Shown here piece after piece: positions 17,335 to 24,252 of a stretch of 24,543 bases of DNA. Made by a program: the position numbers and the translations under genes. Numbering within the stretch: position 1 is the stretch's first letter; each line of letters opens with the position of its first letter. Below the pieces are notes generated by a model that saw only the letters and a program-made list of their open reading frames with translations, did not search any database and was not told the origin of the DNA. Origin of the DNA: a virus (taxonomy: Duplodnaviria; Caudoviricetes); IMG/VR virus record IMGVR_UViG_3300005662_000230, positions 1 through 24,543 of that record; one strand, written 5' to 3'.

Positions 17335-18466
17335 TTGGTCGTGGTCTGCGATCGCGTTCGTGGTGTTCGCGGCGACTTTGGGCACGATCGTGTCGCGGTA
17401 CGTCTCGCGGCTGGCCGATCGAGTTGAGACAAACTTCGGTTACGTCCCCGACGCGGAAGGCACCCGCGAGTTCCTCCGCGAGCTGGACCAGCCGCTATTC
17501 CGCCAGGCCGGGGCCGAGGTCATTGCCGGGGCCAAGGGGCACGATGCCTACCTTTATCGGTTCGCCGATCGGTGCCACCGGCAGCGGTATGGCAAGCCGT
17601 TCGGGCCGTGGAACCAGGGCAGTGCCGGGACGTGCGTGTCGTTCGGCTGGGCTATGGGTTCGTACATCGGCCAGTGTGTGGATCACGTCGCTGGCGGGCT
17701 GGCTGAATGCCCGCTGATCGTGGCGACAGAGCCAATCTACGGCGGCTCGAGGACGGCCGGCCGGATGCCGCCGGTCACCAACGCCGGGTTCTCCGACGGC
17801 TCCTACGGCGGTGCTGCGGCCCGCTGGGTGTCGGGGCGGTGCAAGGACCAGACGGTCGGCGGGATCCTCTATCGCCAGGTCTACGGCGACATCGACCTCA
17901 CGACCTACTCAATCGACCGCTCCCGGCAGTGGGGTGCATACGGAGTGCCGCCCTCGCTCGCGAAGCTGGCCCGCGAACACACCGCCCGTGCGGTTGCTCT
18001 CTGTGAGGATTGGGCGTCGCTGACGGCGGCGCTCGAGTCTGGCATGTGCGTGCCAATCTGTTCCAACGTCGGCTTCGCGACCGGCGATCGTGACGCTGAC
18101 GGATTCTGCCGGAGGTCGGCACAACCCTGGAACCATTGCATGGTGGCGTGCTCTTTGAAGTACGCGAAGAACAACGGGCCGGGGTCCGCAACCCCGATGA
18201 AGAATCCACGCGACGGGATCCTCATACTCAATAGCTGGGGATCGTATGTAGGGGGCGGCAAGCACCCCGCCGACCAGCCGGATGGCTCGTTCTGGATCTC
18301 CCGCCAGGACGCCGAAGCGATCCTCGCCCAAGGCGATTCATTCGTTATCGGTTCGGTCGACGGCTTCAAGTACCGCGACCTCGATCACGCCGGCTGGCTG
18401 CAGCCGGCCCCCTCCCCCACCGACGCGGCGAAGTCGCCGGCAGTCAACCACTACCTCGCGTTGTAG
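17321..18466 (+). CDS. Papain-like (C1) cysteine peptidase with N-terminal membrane anchor
   Basis: 'WNQGSAGTCVSFG' (Gln/Cys), 'WNHCM' (His), 'LNSWG' (Asn) and 'GSFWI'; GGAGG RBS; hydrophobic N-terminus. Confidence 0.85.
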   Translation: MRRSDWSWSAIAFVVFAATLGTIVSRYVSRLADRVETNFGYVPDAEGTREFLRELDQPLFRQAGAEVIAGAKGHDAYLYRFADRCHRQRYGKPFGPWNQGSAGTCVSFGWAMGSYIGQCVDHVAGGLAECPLIVATEPIYGGSRTAGRMPPVTNAGFSDGSYGGAAARWVSGRCKDQTVGGILYRQVYGDIDLTTYSIDRSRQWGAYGVPPSLAKLAREHTARAVALCEDWASLTAALESGMCVPICSNVGFATGDRDADGFCRRSAQPWNHCMVACSLKYAKNNGPGSATPMKNPRDGILILNSWGSYVGGGKHPADQPDGSFWISRQDAEAILAQGDSFVIGSVDGFKYRDLDHAGWLQPAPSPTDAAKSPAVNHYLAL

Positions 18467-18474
18467 GGTTCGCC

Positions 18475-18735
18475 ATGTCGAAACGTGCCATCGTCTTATC
18501 GTGCCTCGGCTGTCTCGTGGCCGGCTATCTGGCCGCCAGCGTGCCCGGCTTCGACCCGATCAACCCATTCAACCCACGGCCGCAACGGCCGTTCATCAAG
18601 TTCATTTCGCGGCTGGCGAAGATGGGATTGTGGATGACGGTGTTCGCCGAGCCGGCACCGCGGCCGGTCGAGCAGCAGTATGCGGCGATTCATAACGGCG
18701 ACCGATCACTCGTTTGTCACGCGGAGGGATGGTGA
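18475..18735 (+). CDS. Small exported/membrane protein
   Basis: Signal-peptide-like N-terminus 'MSKRAIVLSCLGCLVAGYLAA'. Confidence 0.6.
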   Translation: MSKRAIVLSCLGCLVAGYLAASVPGFDPINPFNPRPQRPFIKFISRLAKMGLWMTVFAEPAPRPVEQQYAAIHNGDRSLVCHAEGW

Positions 18736-18986
18736 TGTTTTCGATCCTCGTTTGGCTCGTGTTCGGTTTCATCGCTGGCAGCGTCGCCGAATGGCTTTGG
18801 CCGCCGGCAAGGCCCACAAGCCGCTGGCAGACGATCGCCGTCGGGGTTGCCGGATCCGTGGCCGGCGGTCTGGCCGGTTCGCTCGTGAGCGGTGACCACT
18901 ACCGGCCGGCCGGCCTGGTGCTGTCGGTCGTCGGTGCGGTGGCGTGCATGGCGATCTGGCGACAACTCGACGAGGTGAAGCCATGA
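18735..18986 (+). CDS. GlsB/YeaQ/YmgE (transglycosylase-associated) membrane protein
   Basis: 'ILVWLVFGFIAGSVA..L.P.......TI.VGVAGSVAGGL.G......G.V.SVVGAV', three TM segments. Confidence 0.85.
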   Translation: MFSILVWLVFGFIAGSVAEWLWPPARPTSRWQTIAVGVAGSVAGGLAGSLVSGDHYRPAGLVLSVVGAVACMAIWRQLDEVKP

Positions 18987-19192
18987 GCATCCTCTGGCGG
19001 TGGGTTATTTCGATACTCGTTTGGCTATCGGCCGATCACCAGCGGATCGCGACCGAGCCCGCGAGGGCTGCGGCTGCGGTGTCGGCCGCCAGGGCGTCGA
19101 TCCTCGAGGAGCTGGCGGCGAAGCCGCCGGCCCCGGTGCCGGTGAAGTCGGGCACGACGTGCGTCTCCGGAACGTGCCCACCCCGGCGGTGA
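18983..19192 (+). CDS. Small membrane-anchored protein with C-terminal CxxGxCP
   Basis: GAGG RBS; ATGA coupling. Confidence 0.55.
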   Translation: MSILWRWVISILVWLSADHQRIATEPARAAAAVSAARASILEELAAKPPAPVPVKSGTTCVSGTCPPRR

Positions 19193-19196
19193 CGAC

Positions 19197-19622
19197 GTGA
19201 ACGAGGCTATCGCCCAACTGCAGGCACACGTTCGCTACCGGTTGGGCAGCCGCGTCACCTACGCCGAAGTCTGGCGGGTGGACCAGCTCACCCGGCTGGC
19301 GATCCGGCATTGGCCGCACAATCACCTGGAGGACGCGGAAGCCGGTGGCGGGCGGCATCATGCCGCGGTGTGCCATGCGTTGACGCTGATGCGGAGCCAG
19401 GTTCGCGAACAGTGGGAAGCCCGGCATGGGGCCGGGCCGCTATGGGACGTGGTGCTTGGCGGCACGACCTCGGCTATCGGGGTGGTGCTGCTCGATCTCT
19501 GGTGGCCGTCGAGGCCGTGGCGGTCGATCCTACGGGCGATGGGGCGGTCACTGGCCGACGATCGCCAGGACGGCGTCGATCGCGTCGTGGACCGCACGGG
19601 CGAGCCGCGAGTCGGTCCCTAG
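19197..19622 (+). CDS. Hypothetical protein (last + strand gene)
   Basis: 141 aa; its 3' end overlaps the convergent - strand ORF. Confidence 0.55.
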   Translation: MNEAIAQLQAHVRYRLGSRVTYAEVWRVDQLTRLAIRHWPHNHLEDAEAGGGRHHAAVCHALTLMRSQVREQWEARHGAGPLWDVVLGGTTSAIGVVLLDLWWPSRPWRSILRAMGRSLADDRQDGVDRVVDRTGEPRVGP

Positions 19623-19685
19623 TTCCTGCCCGATGCGGATCAGAAGCAGGCCGCGGATGGCGTCGGTCCAGGTGGGGCGGGTCAT
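19548..19685 (-). CDS. Small hypothetical protein (45 aa)
   Basis: ATGA coupling to the Prim-Pol stop; MTRPTWTDAIRGLLL... Confidence 0.45.
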   Translation of the reverse strand: MTRPTWTDAIRGLLLIRIGQELGTDSRLARAVHDAIDAVLAIVGQ

Positions 19686-20176
19686 GGAAGCACCTGTGCC
19701 GCAAGCAACTGGGCCGGGAACGGAGCAATCGGAACCTCTGCCGGGCTGGTTGTCCATTCGTATTTCGATCCGGACGGGTGGACGGACGGCGGGAGCACCG
19801 ATTGGGCGGCCCGACCGCCGATGCGGATCTCCAGGTCGTCGGCCTTGATGACGGCGGTCTCCGGCATCCAGGGTTCCCAGTGGTATAGCCGGTGCTCTCC
19901 TCGAGCCGATCGCCAGGTCGGGGTGGGAATGTCGAGCAACCCGAATGCGGCGAGCTGCTCGCGTCCCTCGCGCGTGTCGTATTCAACGTCGACGACGCCG
20001 GACATTGGGCCGAGCAGGATGCCGACGTTCGACCCGGCGGCGAGCCACCGGGCCACGTCGTCGTGGTTGTCCGTGGCTTTGGTTTGCCAAGCGGTGCCGA
20101 GCGGTCGTTTCTCACGGCGGGCGACCCGGATGATCAGGCAGCCGGAGTCGATGAGGGCGATGAGTTCGCGGGTCAT
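19682..20176 (-). CDS. Bifunctional DNA primase/polymerase (Prim-Pol) domain protein, stand-alone
   Basis: 'K.P....WQ..AT', 'NVGILLG..SGVVDVEYD', 'S.RGEH.LY' and 'VLPPSVHPSG..YEW'. Confidence 0.85.
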   Translation of the reverse strand: MTRELIALIDSGCLIIRVARREKRPLGTAWQTKATDNHDDVARWLAAGSNVGILLGPMSGVVDVEYDTREGREQLAAFGLLDIPTPTWRSARGEHRLYHWEPWMPETAVIKADDLEIRIGGRAAQSVLPPSVHPSGSKYEWTTSPAEVPIAPFPAQLLAAQVLP

Positions 20177-20367
20177 TCCTGGTCCCTCCCGCCGTTGATG
20201 TTCCGGCCCGTGTCGTCGAGGACATACCACTCATCGCCGGTGTAGTGCGTCTCGGCGTATTGGTTGGCAGCGGTGTCGTCTGCCGCCCGGAACGTGTCCA
20301 CCACGTCCCAGTCGCCATCGGTTAGGGGATAGGCGATTCGGTATTCGCGATCTTCTGTCGTGGTCAT
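20173..20367 (-). CDS. Small acidic protein (64 aa)
   Basis: CACAACC-AGGAG-ACCGAGACC-ATG leader; Asp/Glu-rich. Confidence 0.75.
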   Translation of the reverse strand: MTTTEDREYRIAYPLTDGDWDVVDTFRAADDTAANQYAETHYTGDEWYVLDDTGRNINGGRDQE

Positions 20368-20420
20368 GGTCTCGGTCTCCTGGTTGTGCGGCCTGGGCCG
20401 CGGGTTGTGGCACTGGTCTA

Positions 20421-20449
20421 GATATATTCGGTCGGCAATACGAAGTCAA
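20421..20449 (-). promoter_or_regulatory. Promoter with operator-like palindrome
   Basis: TTGACT-17-TATATC; 18-bp site at 20423-20440; A/T tract upstream. Confidence 0.55.
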
Positions 20450-20479
20450 CTTGGTTAGCAAAAAAACTCACGGGGGCGA

Positions 20480-20743
20480 TCAGTCGGCCGGCTTTTTGCG
20501 GCTACGCTTCCGGGCCAGCTTCTCCCGGCGGGCGATCGTCTCATCGGATTGCGGCCGGCCGGCGTTCGGGTGGCGCTCGAATGCCGCGGCTGCAGCCCGT
20601 AGGACAAACCATTGCCCGTCGATTTCGATGCCGGGCACCTTGCCGGCTTTGACGTGCTGGAGCATCCAGAAGCGTGAGACGTTCGCAAGGTCGGCGGCGG
20701 TGCCGACGCGAACGTAAAGCGAGGGGTCGATTTTTGGTGGCAT
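20480..20743 (-). CDS. HTH_17/excisionase-like DNA-binding protein
   Basis: 'YVRVGTAADLANVSRFWMLQHVKAGKVPGIEIDGQWFV' plus a basic tail. Confidence 0.8.
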   Translation of the reverse strand: MPPKIDPSLYVRVGTAADLANVSRFWMLQHVKAGKVPGIEIDGQWFVLRAAAAAFERHPNAGRPQSDETIARREKLARKRSRKKPAD

Positions 20744-20749
20744 GATGTC

Positions 20750-20777
20750 ATTTTTGCGGCCGGTTGCTGGTTGTCAA
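20750..20777 (-). promoter_or_regulatory. Putative leaderless promoter of the HTH gene
   Basis: TTGACA-16-AAAAAT-6 nt-ATG; no Shine-Dalgarno. Confidence 0.45.
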
Positions 20778-21049
20778 TACTGGGTTCGAGTAGTTGTCCA
20801 GTAGCCGAGAGCCGCGGCCTGGCATTCCGCGAGGCTTCCGTAGGTTCGGCCGTCGGCCGGCGATCGGTTGTCGCCGGTCGTGATGTAGTACGGGTAAAGG
20901 GCGGTGCCGTGGCCGCAGTGGCGGACGATCACCCCAGGTAGGTCGTCGCGGGTCCATGTCAGGTTTCGCCCCCACGGGCCGCGGCGGCCGATCCATTTCG
21001 CGGGCGTGGCCGCGGGCTCGAGGGCAAATAGCTGCAGTTGCGATGTCAT
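20774..21049 (-). CDS. Hypothetical protein (91 aa)
   Basis: Preceded by a CACAACC-rich leader; MTSQLQLFALEP...HCGH.TALYPYY. Confidence 0.7.
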   Translation of the reverse strand: MTSQLQLFALEPAATPAKWIGRRGPWGRNLTWTRDDLPGVIVRHCGHGTALYPYYITTGDNRSPADGRTYGSLAECQAAALGYWTTTRTQY

Positions 21050-21084
21050 TGGTTGTGGGTGTTGGTTTGGGTTGTGGTTGTCGA

Positions 21085-21333
21085 TCAAATCGCGGCACCG
21101 CTGGCGGGCGTGGCGTCCAGCTTGCCGGCCGTGTCCAGCACCCACCAACGGAATCCGGTCTCGGCGTCTAGCCGTCGTCCCTCGCGGATCGCGGCCTGGT
21201 GGGTCTGGTGGTTGAGCTGGCCGCCGGCGTCGATCGCGGCGATGTATGCGGCGAGGGTCCAGCGGTTTCGCTGGTGGTCGTCGGCCGCGAACGTCAAGGA
21301 ATGGGGGGCTAGGTGAAAGCGGTTGGCGGGCAT
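21085..21333 (-). CDS. Hypothetical protein (82 aa)
   Basis: CACAACC x4-AGGAG leader. Confidence 0.75.
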   Translation of the reverse strand: MPANRFHLAPHSLTFAADDHQRNRWTLAAYIAAIDAGGQLNHQTHQAAIREGRRLDAETGFRWWVLDTAGKLDATPASGAAI

Positions 21334-21384
21334 GGTTGTGTGGCTCCTGGTTGTGGGGTTGTGGGTTGTGGTTGTGGTTGTCGA

Positions 21385-21606
21385 TCACCAGCCGTACACG
21401 TCACCGCATGGGTAGACCTCGGCGATCAGCACGCCGTCGAACGCTTCGTATTCGGCGGTGTGCGTGTAGTCGTTGTCGACGACTCGCACGGCACGCGAGT
21501 CGTAGGCGCTGTCCATTTCGATAACGGCCATCGTGCGGCCGGTCTCGCGGGCGATGCGTCGGGCCTTGGCGATTGCTTGGGGGGCGTAGAGCGGGGCGGC
21601 GGGCAT
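21385..21606 (-). CDS. Hypothetical protein (73 aa)
   Basis: CACAACCACAACC-AAGGAG-AACCAGACC-ATG leader; MPAAPLYAPQ... Confidence 0.75.
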   Translation of the reverse strand: MPAAPLYAPQAIAKARRIARETGRTMAVIEMDSAYDSRAVRVVDNDYTHTAEYEAFDGVLIAEVYPCGDVYGW

Positions 21607-21713
21607 GGTCTGGTTCTCCTTGGTTGTGGTTGTGGGTCTCGGTGGCCGGCGATCGCCGGGCCGGCCCGGTTCCCGCCGTCCCCGGTGGGGCGGCGGTGGC
21701 CGGGGCGGCCGGG

Positions 21714-22022
21714 TCAGTCGTCGAGCCCCTCGGCGAGATCCCAAGCGGCCGCGGCTGCAGCGGCGGCTATCTCGTTGGTTGTGGGGCGGCGGCGCTTGCC
21801 GCCGCGGGCCCGGCGGGCCAGCTCGTCGGCACAGTAGTTGATCTCGTCGAGGTAGTAGCCGTAGTTCGGCTGCTCGGGCCATGCGGCGAGGACTGCTTGG
21901 CAATCGGCGATGACGAACAGAAGTTCGGCATCGGATCGCGTGCGGCACAGTTTGGGATAGGCCGCGTGGTCGATCTGCTTGGTGGGGCATCCGTAAACGT
22001 TGTCGGTGGTTGTGGCGTTCAT
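21714..22022 (-). CDS. Hypothetical helical protein (102 aa)
   Basis: Repeat leader with GAGGAG; 'EL.FVIADC...GYYLDEINYC..EL.RR'. Confidence 0.75.
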   Translation of the reverse strand: MNATTTDNVYGCPTKQIDHAAYPKLCRTRSDAELLFVIADCQAVLAAWPEQPNYGYYLDEINYCADELARRARGGKRRRPTTNEIAAAAAAAAWDLAEGLDD

Positions 22023-22125
22023 GGTCTCGGCTCCTCGGGGGTTGTGGTTGTGGGTTGTGGGCAACGTGCCCGGCATCCCCCTGGCCGGCCGCGGCGGATG
22101 CCGGGGCCGGCGTGGGGGCGGCCGG

Positions 22126-22470
22126 TCAGGCCGCGGGGGCGATTACTCGGCGATCGGCTGACACTGCGGCGAGGATGTCGGCGGCCGCCGTGTCGTCTCG
22201 GGCGACCGTCTCGCGAGTCTCGGTTGTGGTGAACACGTCGATGTCGCCAATGGTCCAACGGTCTGCGGCATCGCGGAACACCGTCACGCGGGCAACCCTC
22301 CACGATGGGCCATCGTGGGGAAGGTGGCACCAATACTCGCGGGCATCGTCGGCACGCATCAAGCCGCCCGCGGCCGGTCGGCTCCAGGAATCAAGGGCCG
22401 CGGCACCGTCGCCGATTTGCTGGCAAATCATGTCGCGGTCCGCGGCGGTTAGCTTCTGGTCGATCGTCAT
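22126..22470 (-). CDS. Hypothetical protein (114 aa)
   Basis: Repeat leader with AAGGAG. Confidence 0.75.
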   Translation of the reverse strand: MTIDQKLTAADRDMICQQIGDGAAALDSWSRPAAGGLMRADDAREYWCHLPHDGPSWRVARVTVFRDAADRWTIGDIDVFTTTETRETVARDDTAAADILAAVSADRRVIAPAA

Positions 22471-22580
22471 GGTCTAGGCTCCTTGGTTGTGGTTGTGGTG
22501 GGTTGTGGTCGGGCGTTGTGCCCGGCCGCCCGGTTTCCGGCCGCCGGCGGCGGCGGCCGGTGGCCGGGGGGCCGCGGCGA

Positions 22581-22841
22581 TCAGTTGGGGAAACCCTCTC
22601 GCCAGTAGCACGGGGCCGGCTGGTCGTCGTCGTCCTGGTCGTCGTCACCGGCGACGGCTTCGCCGATGTACTCCTCGACGCCGCTCGCGTCGTCGTCGAG
22701 CCGATAGACGCTGGCGGATTCGCCATCGTCGGCCCCCTCGTCGGCCAGTAGTTCGCGGACGTAGTCGATAGCCGCGGAGTCGGTGACGGCGTCGAATCGT
22801 GTCGACGGGCCCCGGTCGAATCGTGCTAGGTAGTCGGGCAT
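22581..22841 (-). CDS. Very acidic small protein (86 aa)
   Basis: Repeat leader with AGGAG; 'DDDQDDDDQ'. Confidence 0.75.
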   Translation of the reverse strand: MPDYLARFDRGPSTRFDAVTDSAAIDYVRELLADEGADDGESASVYRLDDDASGVEEYIGEAVAGDDDQDDDDQPAPCYWREGFPN

Positions 22842-22936
22842 GGCGTGGGCTCCTGGTTGTGGTTGTGGGTCGGTCGAGAGTCGGCCGCCCGTTTGCCCCC
22901 GCCCGTGGGCGACGGGGGGCGACGGGGGGCCGGCGG

Positions 22937-23488
22937 TCAGTTGTTGGTGAAAACCCAAACACCGCCGGGGCCGCGGATCGTCTCAACGTCGCCGGACAGC
23001 TCCAGGTCTCGGGCCATGCGGTCCCAGTCGACATAGTGGGCGGGGTGCCACCATTGGCCGGCCGCGGCCTTGTCGGCGTCCTGGTTGTGGCCCATGTCGT
23101 CCCATAGGTTTTCAACGTAGTCGGCGAGCGTGTCCCATTCGCCGCGGAACACGTCTGCGAAGTCGTCGGGGTCGCGGCCTGGTTCGTTGCCAAGCCAAGC
23201 CAAGAGCGCCGCGGCATCGTCGCCGGCCGCCGCGACGGCCTGGCCGATCGACGAGACGCGATCGAATGATTCCCATTCGCCGATCGAGCCGAGCCCCTCA
23301 TGGTCATGAATCGCCCATTCTTCGGCACCAGGTTCGGGCGATGCTGCGAGCATCTCCGCGACCTGGTCGCGGATGTCGTCGGCGTCTTGGTTGGCGTCAA
23401 TCCATCGGCCGTGGAGTCGGCCGGAGTTGTAAGCCGCGAGGCACGCGACATACACGCGGGGAGTCGGGTTGTTGGTTGTGGCGTTCAT
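22937..23488 (-). CDS. ardA: Antirestriction protein ArdA
   Basis: 'PRVYVACLAAYNSGRLHGRWIDA', 'EEWAIHDHEG', 'F.GEWD' and 'YVDWDRMARDL..SGD'; acidic. Confidence 0.93.
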   Translation of the reverse strand: MNATTNNPTPRVYVACLAAYNSGRLHGRWIDANQDADDIRDQVAEMLAASPEPGAEEWAIHDHEGLGSIGEWESFDRVSSIGQAVAAAGDDAAALLAWLGNEPGRDPDDFADVFRGEWDTLADYVENLWDDMGHNQDADKAAAGQWWHPAHYVDWDRMARDLELSGDVETIRGPGGVWVFTNN

Positions 23489-23560
23489 CGTCGTTTCTCC
23501 GTTCAAGTGTTCCGGCCGATTGAATCCCGCGGCCGGGTCGGGTTGTGTTGCTGGTTGTGT

Positions 23561-23589
23561 GGTATTGGCGATCGACAATATAGGATCAA
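23561..23589 (-). promoter_or_regulatory. ardA-operon promoter with operator-like palindrome
   Basis: TTGATC-17-AATACC; palindrome TATTGGCGATCGACAATA at 23563-23580. Confidence 0.55.
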
Positions 23590-24170
23590 AACGGGGCGGA
23601 TTCAAGGTGAGCACGAAGCCGGGGACGGCCGGCCGTCGGATGGCGGCTGAAAAACGCAACGTCGACCGCGGCAACCTCCCAGCGACGGCCGACCTTGCGG
23701 CCGCGGACCTTGCCGGCTTTCACCAGTTGTCGCAACCATTGTTCGGTTATGTCGGCCGCGGCCGCGGCGGCTACCAAACCCGTCCACGTCGTTTCCACGT
23801 CGTCGGCGCTGGCTTGGTCGATCATTCGGTCGATCACTTCCGCCATCACGTCGTCGGCCGGCCGCATTCCGGGGGCAGCGGCGGCCAGCTCCTCATACAA
23901 CTCGTCTGCATTCATGCCGCGGCCGGCCGCTGTCACGTCCAGACCGCGAATGTAGGTTGCATCCCCGCCCGTGAATGCTGCCCGGTTCCGCGCCTTCCAG
24001 TGCCCGCCGTGAGTGTCGCCACAAGAAGCCTGGAAAGCCTCACGGCGGAAGGTGCCGATACGCTCGAGCTCAGCGGCTTCAATCGCACGGACCTCACGGT
24101 AGGCGGCAAGTACGGTCGGCCACTCGATGCCCGCGGCCGCCGCTCGTTCTTTGTGTTCGTTCGTGTTCAT
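23586..24170 (-). CDS. Protein with unknown N-domain and C-terminal HTH_17-like domain
   Basis: C-terminal 'AADITEQWLRQLVKAGKVRGRKVGRRWEV......F.RHPTAGRP' is paralogous to 20480-20743. Confidence 0.75.
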   Translation of the reverse strand: MNTNEHKERAAAAGIEWPTVLAAYREVRAIEAAELERIGTFRREAFQASCGDTHGGHWKARNRAAFTGGDATYIRGLDVTAAGRGMNADELYEELAAAAPGMRPADDVMAEVIDRMIDQASADDVETTWTGLVAAAAAADITEQWLRQLVKAGKVRGRKVGRRWEVAAVDVAFFSRHPTAGRPRLRAHLESAPF

Positions 24171-24176
24171 GTCGTT

Positions 24177-24205
24177 AGTATCGTCGATCGTCAATACGGC
24201 GTCCA
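24177..24205 (-). promoter_or_regulatory. Leaderless promoter with operator-like palindrome
   Basis: TGGACG-17-GATACT-6 nt-ATG; site TATCGTCGATCGTCAATA at 24179-24196; A/T tracts at about 24215-24230. Confidence 0.55.
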
Positions 24206-24252
24206 GTGCTCCACCAAAAAAATCTTTTTTGCGGGAAACCCGGGCGGCAGTG

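Noticed and set aside
20774-21990. Long ORFs 20774-21388 (204 aa) and 21385-21990 (201 aa)
   Set aside because: The upstream parts are out-of-frame read-through of neighbouring genes and repeats. Better starts with leaders are at 21049 and 21606.
20365-23562. CRISPR array or true integron
   Set aside because: The repeats vary in length and are separated by whole genes. There is no cas or tyrosine integrase gene in the window, and I saw no consistent RYYYAAC/GTTRRRY attC ends.
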